Below are positions 1 through 11,852 of a stretch of DNA of 64,000 nucleotides, piece after piece. Position numbers and translations under genes: made by a program. Location of the stretch: contig CDMY01000227.1 in NCBI GenBank assembly GCA_001179505.1, positions 124,001-188,000 on the forward strand, written 5' to 3'. The notes beneath the pieces are model-generated. The model made no database searches. It was not told where the DNA came from and saw only the letters and a list, made by a program, of their open reading frames with translations. Positions within the stretch are counted from its first letter, which is position 1; each line of letters starts with the position of its first letter. Source of the DNA: Vitrella brassicaformis CCMP3155. Lineage: Eukaryota > Protista > Chromerida.

Positions 1-19
1 GTGTGTGTGGGGGGGGGGG

Positions 20-319
20 NNNNNNNNNNNNNNNNNNNNNNNNNNNNNNNNNNNNNNNNNNNNNNNNNNNNNNNNNNNNNNNNNNNNNNNNNNNNNNNNN
101 NNNNNNNNNNNNNNNNNNNNNNNNNNNNNNNNNNNNNNNNNNNNNNNNNNNNNNNNNNNNNNNNNNNNNNNNNNNNNNNNNNNNNNNNNNNNNNNNNNNN
201 NNNNNNNNNNNNNNNNNNNNNNNNNNNNNNNNNNNNNNNNNNNNNNNNNNNNNNNNNNNNNNNNNNNNNNNNNNNNNNNNNNNNNNNNNNNNNNNNNNNN
301 NNNNNNNNNNNNNNNNNNN
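20..319. other. Assembly gap (300 N) flanked by poly-G
   Basis: Run of N with G homopolymers on both sides. Confidence 0.99.
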
Positions 320-692
320 GGGGGGGGGGGTTGAGGGTGTCGATACACGGCTGGCCGGTGGAAAAGGGATGGATGGCTGCACACGTGAGATGGCATGGTG
401 TGGACTGATGGTCGCTGGATGGATGTGTGGATGGGCGGACAAACCGATGATTTTGAAAGAGCTGTCGGACGGTAACAGATAAACCAATGCAAGCCAAGCA
501 GCCATCAATCACACAGCACACAGCTTGTCCGTCACGATGCACATGTACACATAGGGATGAGTGCTATGCACGCTACCGTCTCTGTTTCTCTCTCGACTAG
601 CCAGTTGACTAAACAGCAACCCACCCCCGCCCCGCCCCGACCAGCCTGGCCTGGCCACTGGTGGCCGGCCCTTCCTCAGTCACTCATGTCAC

Positions 693-2524
693 TCATTCTC
701 TGACGAGCGTGCCGCGCCCCCTCCCCAGCTTCCTGAGCAGGTCGAACACGGTGAACACGTCGGCTGTCGCATTATCGGTCTCGTCGTTGCCCAACTCATC
801 GCTGCCACGCACGCAGCACACACGCTCTAGCCGGGGAAACCTGGCCTGCTTCAATGGGAAGGGCAGACAGGCGTCCTCCGCCCCACTCAGACGCAGCACG
901 CGGCACTGGCGGAACACCAGCGGCCTCATGGTCGGCTGCCGACCGCCCCACCACCGCCACTGGTCCTCGCTGTTGGATGTCGTGCACGCCACCGTCACCT
1001 CTCGCGCATGGAAGGCGGCGAACAGGGTGACCTTCTTGACGATGTGGCGAATCATGTCGTTGTCGTGGCTGGCGTCGGGGGAGAGGACGTCCAGCGTGAC
1101 TCGCTCGACAGTGATGTGGAGGTAGGGCCGCTCGAGGACGTAGAGGAGGCACCTGGCCATGTCGAGTGAGATGACGATGCTCTTGAAGTGGATGTGCAGG
1201 GGGCGGGAGGCCTCACGGTTGGGCAGGGTGGGCGGGAAGTGGTACTGCGTCTGGATCAGCTGGGGCATGAACGGGTCACTCTCGGGCTGCGCACGCAGGT
1301 ACGCAGGCAGCGTGGCGTAGCCGTGGTCGGCAGCTGGACTGTGGCTGGGACCAGGGGTGGTGGTCACGGTGGCGCCCCCGCGGCTCGTGCTGGTGTGCCC
1401 CCACCCGTCGCCCTGTTTCTGCTCCTCCACGACGCCGCTGGCAGTGTAGCTGACGTTGGTGTTCATCTGGGTGCGCGAGCTCCACTCGTCGACCACCACC
1501 CGCTTGAACTGCCGCATGGCCGCGTGGTGCCACACGAGGGAGTGCTCGAACGTGCTGGTGCAGTACATGGGCAGACGAGTGACGGCAGCGGTCCTCTCCC
1601 CCTCCCCACTCAACACCTTGAGCCACCTGTCCCGCTGTCGACTCGGCATGCGGCGCATCAATGGCTCGCCAAGGGCCAGGTGCGAGTGTGCTGAGGGGGA
1701 GCGCGACGCAGCCAGGGCGTCACGCGACACGTCGCCGTATGTGATGACGCGAGGCGTCTCGAGGAACGAGAGGATGTTGCCGTAGACCTCCAAGGGCACG
1801 GAGAAGCCCTGCATGGGAATGGTGGTGAGCAGCTTCGCGTCACAGTGGTGGAGGGGGAGGGAGGGACTGGGCGGGGGGAACAGGCGCGCCACCAACTTCG
1901 AAGACAACACCTGTCAACAATGACGCAACACGGATGAATGGTAATTAATGTCTGTCTGCTCGTGTGCCCACCTTGTTGTGTGCGCTCTTGCAAGCGCCAT
2001 GAACCGCGTTGGCTTTCTGGCAGGCACATCGCCACGCAGCGGCAGGGTCCAGGTGTGAGCGAACAGCCGCCACTCGCTCGACGGCCCAGCAGAGCAGCAG
2101 CAGAAGGATGGCGCAGGACATCCATGGCGACGACGCGATGTGAGCCGGCGGAGGGAAAAAGCCAGCAGGCGCAGTCAATCGGTATGTCACCAGCGATTCG
2201 CCGCCCCTTGCGTGGGGTCCATCGATGTCCGCGAGAAGCCCATCGAGTTGGTGACACTTGGTCAGCAGCCACTCATCTGTGGGCATGCTGCTGCTGGCGT
2301 CTCGCTCACATAAACCCGCCAGACGCAGCAGCTTCTCCGCGCTCGACAGCGGAGCTTGCAACATGGCCTCGGCGCTGAACCAACGCACAAGAGGCGGACA
2401 AAGAGTTGATGTTGAGCCGTCGCTTGTACTGTGTTTGTGGTATCCTCACTCACCTCGAGTGTGCTCCATGTGCAGTCGTGAGCGGGAAAACCGACGGGAG
2501 CAGAGCGATGAAGGCCAGCAGCAT
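693..2524 (-). CDS. Lineage-specific hypothetical protein with F-box-like motif; upstream exons tentative
   Basis: Main exon 1910-693 is a 405-aa open frame (PLEVYGNILSFLETP F-box-like; later LRLSGAEDACLPFPL...FPRLERV). It begins right after a CAG acceptor (1913-1911). The upstream frame 2374-1972 (...AHNK|GTGGG) joins in phase 0. A further exon 2524-2454 (MLAFIALLPSVFPLTTAHG, donor GTGAG) joins in phase 2. The 5' structure is uncertain. Confidence 0.55.
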
Positions 2525-2635
2525 GGCAAGAGCGAGAATCTCGGGTCAACTTTCGAAGTCACCGATTGCGTCGAAAACTACGGTAGTTGAGGTGCTGTGG
2601 AGTCCACATAGTCACCTCCTTTCCCTCGCTCCAGT

Positions 2636-2646
2636 TGCGAGCTTAG
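2636..2646 (+). promoter_or_regulatory. Candidate promoter motif TGCGAGCTTAG in a divergent intergenic region
   Basis: The same 10-mer recurs at 14405 and 56354; see findings. Confidence 0.45.
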
Positions 2647-2810
2647 AGTGGGTCGACTTTGCCCACTGGTTTTGTGCCCCTTGGGTCACTTCTTCCTCCT
2701 GAGCCACACACAGCTCCTTCAAGGCGCAGCATCCTTCCCTTGACGCAGATCTTTCAAAAGCCATCTCTTGATTCATTGCAACGCGCTTCGCTCGGCGCTT
2801 CGCAGCCAAG

Positions 2811-5145
2811 ATGATGTCGGCAGTGCGCTGTCGGCTGGCGCCCATCGCCTCTTCCTCCCTCCCGGCCCTTGCAGCGACATCCCGTCTGCCTCTGCTGAAA
2901 TCAACGCGTCTGTTCAGCACCAACACGACGCCCAAGGCCGTCACGTCCACAGTAGTGATACATGAACAGTAGTCGCAACTACACACCTCGCTGACCGATT
3001 CCCAAACACACGTACGACTCTACTCTCTGCTGGCGACTGCAGGTGGATGTGCTGGGCAACGTGCCGACGTTGGAGCTGCAGAAGCTGCTAGAGGGAGGCC
3101 ATTACCGCAGCGTGGTCAATCTCTGCGGGCCCGAGGAAGATTACATCTCGCCTGCCAACCTGTGTACGTAAGATTGAACAAGTGGTCGATGCGATGCTGC
3201 CCAGAACATCATTCTTATGACGTTGGTCGGTCTTGTGTATGTTTGCAGGCGAGAAGTACCGGCTCCGCTATGCCTCGCTGCCCGTCGACTCGAACAAACT
3301 CTCATTCGTAAGCCTGATGGATGAATGACGTCTCGTCTGCCTGACACTTGGCTGGTTGGATTGCTGCCTCTCTTCTGCTATGCTGTGTGTGCCAGGGTCT
3401 GGGTGAGTCGCTGGTGTCTGCCCTGTCCACCATGCCCCATCCCCTGCTCGTCCAGTGCCAGTCGGCCTCACGCGCGTCGGCGGCCGCCCTCCTGCATGTG
3501 GCCTCGTCGCCCCACGAGCAGCCCGATGCCGGCTCTGGTGGCACGGCTGAGCTGTCGATGAGCCCCGAGAGCAAGGGTACCTTCATGAGCCCGACTAAGG
3601 CACTCAAGTTTGCGGAAGAGAAGGAGCTGCCATTCCTGGGGAAACCGCCCCTCAAGCAGTGGGTGGAGGTGAGGGTTTAAACACAGCACAACAGACAGAC
3701 ACGGGGGAGGAATGGGGAATGAATGCTGGCGTGTACACTTACTTAGGTCTGTGTGATGTGGTGTGTGTCGTGTGTGGGTGTGGTGTGCAGCGGTATCTGT
3801 GTGCGCGTCACGTGTCGCTGGGTCACGAGGACCCTAACCTGTTCTTCCGTCAGCTGTTCGATCGCGAGAGCTGCACCTTCACCTACATCCTTGCGGACCC
3901 CAGGACACGCGAAGGCATCATAATAGATCCCGTCCTAGAGCATCTCGAGTGAGTCAGTCAGTCAGTCGATGTGGAACACAGAGAGGGATGGATGGATGGA
4001 TGGATGGATGTGTGTCTGCATGTTTGTGGTTCCTTGGTGCAGCCGCGACTTGTCCCTGCTTGACGAGTACGGCATCATTCTCAAATACGCACTCAACACA
4101 CACGTGGTCCGCAACAGAGAGAATGATGACCCACACCCACAGTGACCCTTGGGGATAGAACATTGTTGATGTGTGTCTTGATGCTTGCAGCACGCCGACC
4201 ACGTCACCTCCACTGGCTGCATGAAGGCACGACTAGACGGTGGGTGCGTCAGGGGACCACATCATCTTTCCATCTTTCCGTCTTTCCGTCCCTCGTCTGT
4301 GTCTGTGTATGTGTTTGTGTTTGTGTTTGTGTTTGTGCAGGCTTCCGGAGCGTGTTGAGCTCTGGCTACTCGTCCGCCCGCGCTGACCTGCACGTGGACC
4401 ACGACGCCAAGCTCTTCTTTGGCGACCGCTACGTGGTCGCTCGCAGCACCCCTGGCCACACACCGGGATGCCTGACGTTTGTGCTGGACGACCACTCCAA
4501 GGCCTTCACGGGAGACGCACTCCTCATCCGCGGCTGTGGCAGGACTGATTTCCAGGTGGGTGCGTGTCCTCCATCCATCCATCCATTCGTCGAAAGCGAT
4601 CAATGCGTTCCGTTCCTGTCTTGGGGTCTGTCTTTTGTCCATCAGAGCGGTGACTCTGAGCTGCTGTATCGGGCGATATGGACGCAGATCTTCACGCTGC
4701 CCGAGAGCTGCCTCCTGTACCCGGGACACGACTATCAGGTATCACACACGCCGAACCACCAAATGCGCACCAATCAGTGCTGGTGCGATGTAATGTTTGT
4801 GTGTCCTGTGTCGTGTGTCCTGTGTCGTGTGTCCTGTGTGTGTGTGTGTGTGTATAGGGTCGCGAGTGCAGCAGTGTGTGGGAGGAGAAGCGCTACAACC
4901 CCCGGCTGACGAAGTCGCTGCCCGAGTTCAAGGAGCTGATGGCCAACCTGGGCCTGCCGCAGCCAAAGCTCATCGAGGTGGCCGTGCCCGTCAACCTCGA
5001 GGACGGCATGGCCAAGATACCATCGGGAGAGCTCAGATGCTTCGTAAGTGTCAGCTTGCAAGGCCTACGTGACACTTATAATCATCCATGCATGGTTGGA
5101 TGGCTTGGTGGCGCGTGTGTGTGTTTGCAGGGCTGCCAAGGCTGA
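2811..5145 (+). CDS. ETHE1: Mitochondrial DUF442-like (CX4R sulfurtransferase) + ETHE1-type persulfide dioxygenase fusion, ~453 aa, 11 exons
   Basis: Exons 2811-2939 (or 2951), 3043-3163, 3249-3307, 3396-3668, 3791-3948, 4043-4106, 4191-4239, 4341-4555, 4646-4738, 4858-5043 and 5131-5145 splice in frame at GT-AG sites. ETHE1 motifs: FRQLFDRESCTFTYILAD, NTHVHADHVT, TPGHTPGC, FTGDALLIRGCGRTDFQ, YPGHDY, EEKRYNPRL. N-terminal Arg/Ser/Ala-rich presequence ending RLFST. Intervening domain YRSVVNLC...LRYASLPV...PLLVQCQSASRAS. Confidence 0.9.
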
Positions 5146-6884
5146 TGGGCTGGATAGGATATTGTGGCGACACGCGTGGGTGTGAATGTGTGTGTGTGTG
5201 TGCTGCCCCGTGAGTATTTTTCGTCCTCTAGGTGATGATGCCGGCGTGATATCCTGAAACGAGTCCTGCTCGAAATGATTTCTGTTCTGCCATCCGTGCT
5301 GGGCGGTGCTGGCGTATGGCGCCGGAGGGGGACAGTGAGTGCCAGGCCAGCCAGGATTCGCCTGCTGCTCTCTGTTTCTCTCCAAAGCCATACGCCGACA
5401 AAGTCCAGCAGCAGGGCGGGCAGAAGACATGCGCACTAAGTGTTTGTTTGTTCTTGCCTGGTGAGCGATTCTTCGTAGCACCATCGCTCATGGGACGCGA
5501 TAATGCCCACCTAATTTATGTTTGATCTGTGGGTGTGTGTACCTGCAAGAGAGCCAACATCGATTCCAGCAGTTCACACCGTCACATTAATTGACGAAGC
5601 CATGTCGCCTCTCGAAGGCAGAAACCGAGACAGCACAAACCCGATTTACGAATTTGCGTGTCTCGCGAACATACATCGATGGATGGATGGATGACCTTAA
5701 GGGACGTCGTCGATTGAACGATTCATCAATGTCTATTGGTCCCCTAGCACGGGTGTCTCATTCATCAAGTCAAGCGCACACTTGTTCGCCTGCCCAGCAA
5801 TCGCTTTTCTCGCACTGCGAAGAAAATCTCAAGAGCAGCCAGCGAGAACCATCACCCGACCCACCCACCCATCCCGAGACACACAAACACCAGCTAAGCA
5901 GCACAGGAAGGCCATCCCTTCCTCTCTCCCCCCCCCTCCCTCCACCCATCCACACAACGCATCGAGGCCTTCCATGGCAAAAACAGCAACGGGTCGATTG
6001 GCTGTCTGTCTGAAATGCGTCGTTAGTTGTCCTCCTGGGCTTCGATCATCCGTGTGCACATACCATACATACGGTGCCACCCACTCGTTGGTGTCTAGAT
6101 ATATGTAGATACCAGATCGAGGGAGGGACATGACGTCACTCACGCGACAGCCGCGCTTGCAGCCATCTATTCGTTATTCCAGATAGCAGAAAAACACCAT
6201 ACCCATCCCATCCACCCAACCACTCACCGAGCCGAGAGAAGGGGAAAAAAGCATGCGTGAGAAAAAAGTGCCTAGCGAGTGCCTATGGGCACGGGCAGGC
6301 AGCTCCTGTGCGCAGGCACGGCCAATTCTCTCTAGAATGAATCATATGCCATGCCATAGGCCAGCGATTGATGCACACATGAAGATGAACGAACAGCCAC
6401 TGGGTGTCTGTCTGTGGCTGGACTGCTGGGCCAGGCCTCACTGCAGTGCACCGCACTTCGGTGGACGGACGATGTGAAGACATCCATCTGCACACCAACC
6501 AAACACCCACCAGCAGCCGATGCGCACCGTCGCGTACACAGAAACTTCAATGTGCAAACACCGACCGACACTCATTCCCACAGCCACGAGAAATTTGCCG
6601 CTCGCCCTTACCCTCCAGGCATGTAACCGCTCACTAAGCAGCCGGGCATCCATCCACATTACCCATTCATTCTGGCAGCAAAGCAAAAATGCCCGCCCCG
6701 CCCGATTGGTACGCTCACACACACACACATCCATCCATCCATCCATTCGGCCAGTCAGACATAACATACATACGTGACATACATAAGTGCGTGCACACGA
6801 AGTGTGGTGGACACATACTGACTGACCAATCACAAACTCTGCATAAAGTTAGTTAGTGCCCACTGGTTGGTTCGTTGGCCCTAC

Positions 6885-9800
6885 TCACTCGCCCCGTTTG
6901 AGCAGCAACGGGGCATAGAGGTACCCCAGCGTCGGCCTGGCGATGAAGTGCGCGTCGTTGGTCGCGGGCGGCGGGATGTCTTCATTCCATGGATGGATGG
7001 TCGATGCAAGCAAGACACGACAAATGAATGGATCCAGCCCGCGTCTGTGTCTGTGTCTGTGTCTGTTGCTGCGCTTACCGATCAGGCCACGACGGTTGCA
7101 CGGAGCCGACACCTCGAAATAATCTGAGGCACAGATGACCACACACGCGCGCAGGGGAAGAGATACATACATATGGAGCATGTATGTCAGAGGAGGACCG
7201 ACCGGCGAGTGGGACCCTCTGCGGGGTCTCGTTGGGGAAGTTGTAGAGCGCATCGACGAAGCGGCACATCATTACCTCGCCCCCCTCCATGCCCAGCAGG
7301 TACTGCTGCGCCAGGGCCACCGTCACCCCCTGGTACTCGTACAGTGACAGGTTGTTGCGCTCGTCGAGCGCCACGCCGCACCGGTCCAGCCGCCCCAGAT
7401 TGATGTACGACATCATCTCTGTCGTGAAGACGTCCTCAGAGAAGAGCATGAACAGAGGCGGCGTGCTGGTGCTGGTGGTGGACTCGCTTGCCGTGACGCC
7501 TGTGATGTTCATGTTGTCCCGCCCCTGTTGTAGGATGGCCTGCCAGATGAGGTTGTACTTGAGGCTGAAGGTGGAGTTGGAGGGGGCGTCGAAGAGCCGG
7601 CGGAAGAAGGCCGCCTCGCCACCGTCCTCTCCTTCTCCCGCGGGGCTGTCCATGGCGGCCTCCACCCAGTAGCTCGCCGAGCGGGTCGCGGCCGCACGTG
7701 CGCCGTCAATGGTGGAGTTGCCGCAGGTCTCTTCTGTCCAGCAGGACTGGTTCATCGCCAGCAGGTCCGCATAAGCCGCGAGGCCAAAGGTGCCCTTAAG
7801 TGCCAGGTTGGTCGCATTGGCGTCGGGCCCCTTGAAGTCATCTGTTGGACGCAAAGCAAGCAGCCCCACATGAGCTCATGTGTCCAGTTGTGTTTGTTGT
7901 GCCCCCACCCACTGACGGGCCTGTGTAAAGCTGGTGTGGCGGGTTTGGCAGCGATTCGTTGAGGTAGCTCCCCCACTGGTCTATAACCGGCCAGTAGTCC
8001 GCCAGATAAGACACATTCCCGCCCTGTCTGTGTGCAATGGCGGCGATGAGTATCAGCATGTCGGCCGTCTCTTCCATAGGCATGTCCCAGTTTCGATAGC
8101 TGCACAATCATCCGCACATACGCACACACATGGATGGAAGGACATGCACCCACGGCTCCTGCTTGGCTCACTCGGGAGTGTCAGCGACGGGCCAGATGCC
8201 GAGGTGGTGTGGGGCCCACGGCTTGCGGTAGTGCGACAGCGTCTTGTTGGCCGAGTAGTCAAGGATGGGCACGAGCATCAGCCGGAGCACCTCGGGGCTG
8301 AACAGCAGCAGCATGGGCGACGTGGGGAAGATCACGTCAACCTATGAACACACACACACACACACAGGGACACATGTGTTGTAGAGGAGTATCCATCCAT
8401 CCATCGTGTCTCGGATGGATGAGGGCACACCGTGTTGAGCATGCCGTTGGTGGATATCTCTTTCTGGAAGACGCGGTGCTCGTTGATGTAGTCGTCATGC
8501 ACGACCTTCTGCCCACCCGTCACCTGGCCACGGACATGAATGACAGGACACACACGACTGTCTTGCGAGTCTTGGCGGGGGGATGTGCGCGTGTGTGTGT
8601 GTGCTCATGGTGGGCATACATACCTGTCTGTATACAAGTGACGCCACGGCCGCATACTTGGGCCCACCAGTCATGAAAAGGTCATCCACAAGACCCTCAT
8701 CGAACGCAATACTCCTCTTCTGCACACACACACACACACACACGCACACACGCACACGCATCTCCGTGCACAAATCGCTGGCCCTCCACCACCCTGCCTG
8801 TGTGCGCAGCGCAGCGCACCTGTTCATCATCCCACTTTGCCATGGCGTCCTTGAGCATCTCCCCAGTGGGGTGGCTCGAGTGCCACTTGTTGTCGAATGC
8901 CCCCACCAGAGGCATGCCCTCCTCCATCCGATACACGTTGCGCCACGCCGGCTGCATGAGACGGCCGAAGAAGTTGACAGTGATCCGGTCGTCGAAGGCG
9001 AAGAGAACCCGCCTGGTGGCCGACTCGCCGGGCGCCACACTCCCGAGGTCCATCATGAGACCAAGGGCGGCGTTCCTGGCTGCACATGTATGTGTCAGAG
9101 AGACGAGTGCGTGGCACGTGTGTGTGTGTGTGTGTGTTTTGTGGTCACCAGGGCCGTCATTTCGGTACTGCTGGTTGGTCGGTTCCGTCACTTTCGAGAC
9201 CAGCGCCGCGAACTTGTCAGCGGTGAACTCAGGGTCCGTGAACGCATCGATGGCCGCTCGCCAAGTCGTCCTGAGCCACACACACAGCAGACGGGATGAT
9301 GAAGTTGAACACGGGCACACGTAGACGACCGACGACCGTCGTACCTTTGCGAGTTGCCCCTGCGGAATTGGTCGCTGAGGAAGAGTTCCTCCATCGACGC
9401 GTTGCCGGCAGGTGCCCCGTTGTCATCGATGCTGCCGTGTGTGTCGAAGAGGGTGCTCGTGAAGGGGACGGTGCCGTTGTCCTTGGGCGTGACCAGGTGG
9501 AAGAACCCGTGATTGGGCGTCATGCCGTCGCCTTTGAGGCCCAGCTCCACCTGAACCAATCAATCAGGAAGCAGGCCCCGGCAGACGGACAAACATGCAA
9601 GCGTCATGCATGTGCACGCCTTCGTGTGTCTGTGTGTACCTGGTGGAAGTTGCCAACGGTCAGGACGTCATGGCCCTCCACTGCCGGCGCGTTCAACGCG
9701 ATGGCCACATGCTCATCCCCCCCAGTCACCCCAACATGCCCAGTGGTCTGGTACAGCAGCTGCACGTCGTGCGCGCGATCGTCCGTCGACTCCACGTCGA

Positions 9801-10551
9801 CTGTCATGTAAGTGACCGGTGGGGCGGACACATAAGCGTCAAAGTCCTCCATGATGGAGGCAGGCGTCGCGAATGTCACGGAGAGGGCGATACCCCGTCC
9901 GGCGAATGTGTACTCGGTGCGTGTGGGCCAGACGATGAGCTGCGTCTGAGTGAGTGCTGGGACGTCCATGTCGGGCTGGTGGTGGCCGGCAGGCCACGGG
10001 CCTCTCTCGAGCATGTTGCGGCCGAGGAACCGGAACAACTGGCCATCGATGCGCACCAGACCAACCATCGGTAGCTCGTAACCTGCGCCCAACCACACAC
10101 ACACACACACACTCAGTCAGTCAATTTGTGTGTGTGTGTGTGGTTGGGTGCTGTGGTGTTTGTCACTTACCGGACCAGTGTGAGGGAAAACCGTCCGTGA
10201 GCTTGTTGTAGTTGGACCAAATGGAGAAGTCGGGGTCATTCACAATGAGCGGCACAGAGGGGTAGCGCAGCTTCGCCAGCCTCCCATCAGTGGTGGGGAC
10301 AGTGTCGTTCTCCGGCACGGGGCACGGCGGGCCCACCTGCAGGCTGCGATGATCAACTGCACACCAACACACACACGCACACACAAAGAGTGACTCAATG
10401 TCTCTCCCCTCCCTCCCCTCCCCCCCATTGTCCCTAGCTCACCATCTTGTGTGTGTGTCGCCCTGAGGCTTCTGAGGCGGCCACCGTCCTTGGCCGATGC
10501 ACACGTCAGTGTGAGGAGGACAAGAGCAGACGACAGCCACATGCACCGCAT
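6885..10551 (-). CDS. Secreted GtaA/glutaminase-A-like six-hairpin protein (DUF4964/DUF5127/DUF4965/DUF1793-type architecture), multi-exon
   Basis: Signal peptide MRCMWLSSALVLLTLTCASA. Family-like motifs: YPSVPLIVNDPDFSIWS, MVGLVRIDGQLFRFLG, FQKEISTNG, DVIFPTSPMLLLFSPEVLRLMLVPILDYSA, LYTDDFKGPDANATNLALKG, FSLKYNLIWQ, VPLADYFEV, and C-terminal FIARPTLGYLYAPLL. Stop at 6885. Confidence 0.82.
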
Positions 10552-11852
10552 GCCGGGGGGGAGGCCGCTGCCGCGAGCAGTGCTGAGGAGAGGGCTTGTC
10601 GAGATCGATTCGATGCCGGTGCTGCGCTGCGTGTGCCGGAGGACTGGTAAGCACGTTCCGCAGACAAGGATGTGGGAAGGAGGAAAGCTCGGTAAGAAGT
10701 GACGACGAGCCTGGTCCCAATGCCGTGGATCGCAAGGGTAAGGGTTTTGAGAACAAACCCATCAGTCAGTAAACCAGTCCGCGTGCCAGTGAGTGTGCGT
10801 GTCCATCACCATGCATTATGCGTCTCTCCCTCCCTCCCTCCCTCACTCCGCCCTTTTAATTGCACGGCCGCCTCCCCTGCCGATGCACTTACGAATCTCC
10901 CATCCACTCAGTGACTCACTGGCATGCAGGCCGACCCCCGACACACATCGATAAACAGTCAATCGAGCGCCCTGAGATGGAATGAAACGCAAGCCAATCA
11001 ATGCGCTGCGCAGCCACCGGGCTGCCAGGGGTCATCAACCCGACAAGTGCCGAGCCCGAACATCGAGCAACCCCGCAGGCCGGGGTCGCTCGATATTCGA
11101 CAAGGACCCCGGTCGGGAGGACGACTTGGCAAGCCATCGACAGCGCGCGTCTGTCTGTCTGTCTGACTTATGAGGATGCCCACACCATTTATCACGGTAG
11201 CCATCCATCCGTGTCGGCAAAGAAGCAGCCAGCAATGCCAAAACTGGATCAACAAAGGGGTGAATGAATGAATGAAAGTATGCTCTCTCAAAAACAGGTG
11301 TGTTGCTGCATGGGTGTGTGTATGTGTGTATGTGTGTGTATGTGTGTGTGGATGGATGGATGGATGGATGGACGCCGTCGGTAGGTAGGTACACAGGCAT
11401 ACACTTGCCTGCCTTTGCGGCCACCCACCCAATCTCTCACTCACTCAAGTCTCGCTACCCCCCGCATCAACCCGATCTGACTCCCCCTCCCCTCCCCGCC
11501 AGACAGAGCAAACACATCGAATTCACCTTCACATCAATTTCGGAATACTTGCCAGCCACCACGTACCCATCCCCCCCGCACACACATCCATCCATCCATC
11601 ATGCATTCGGTGCAGGTGGAGGGTTGTTTCACCCTCCCTCCTGTCCTGCACACCAGCACCTTTCGCCATCCTGCCTGCCTGCCTCCCATTGCCCAATCTT
11701 GTACGATAGGTACGGTAGGTACGGACCACGCCAGGCCACTATGCGCGCACGCACCTGTACAAAAACAGGGGGGCTCAAAAACAACTTCGTTATCCATTCA
11801 GTCAAATAAACACCCACACCCTCACACACACAACCATAGCCAGCCAGTCACA

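Noticed and set aside
1-482. ORFs spanning N runs (also 17940-18582 and 25343-25881)
   Set aside because: They are artefacts of translating through assembly gaps. The poly-G/C flanks are typical of sequencing drop-out, so no G-quadruplex or telomere claim is made.
5200-6880. Many 60-140 aa ORFs in intergenic stretches (also 10700-11800, 16400-17770, 51470-52520, 61570-62900)
   Set aside because: They are dominated by translations of microsatellites (THTH, VCVC, SIHP, DRQT) and are expected by chance in GC-rich DNA.
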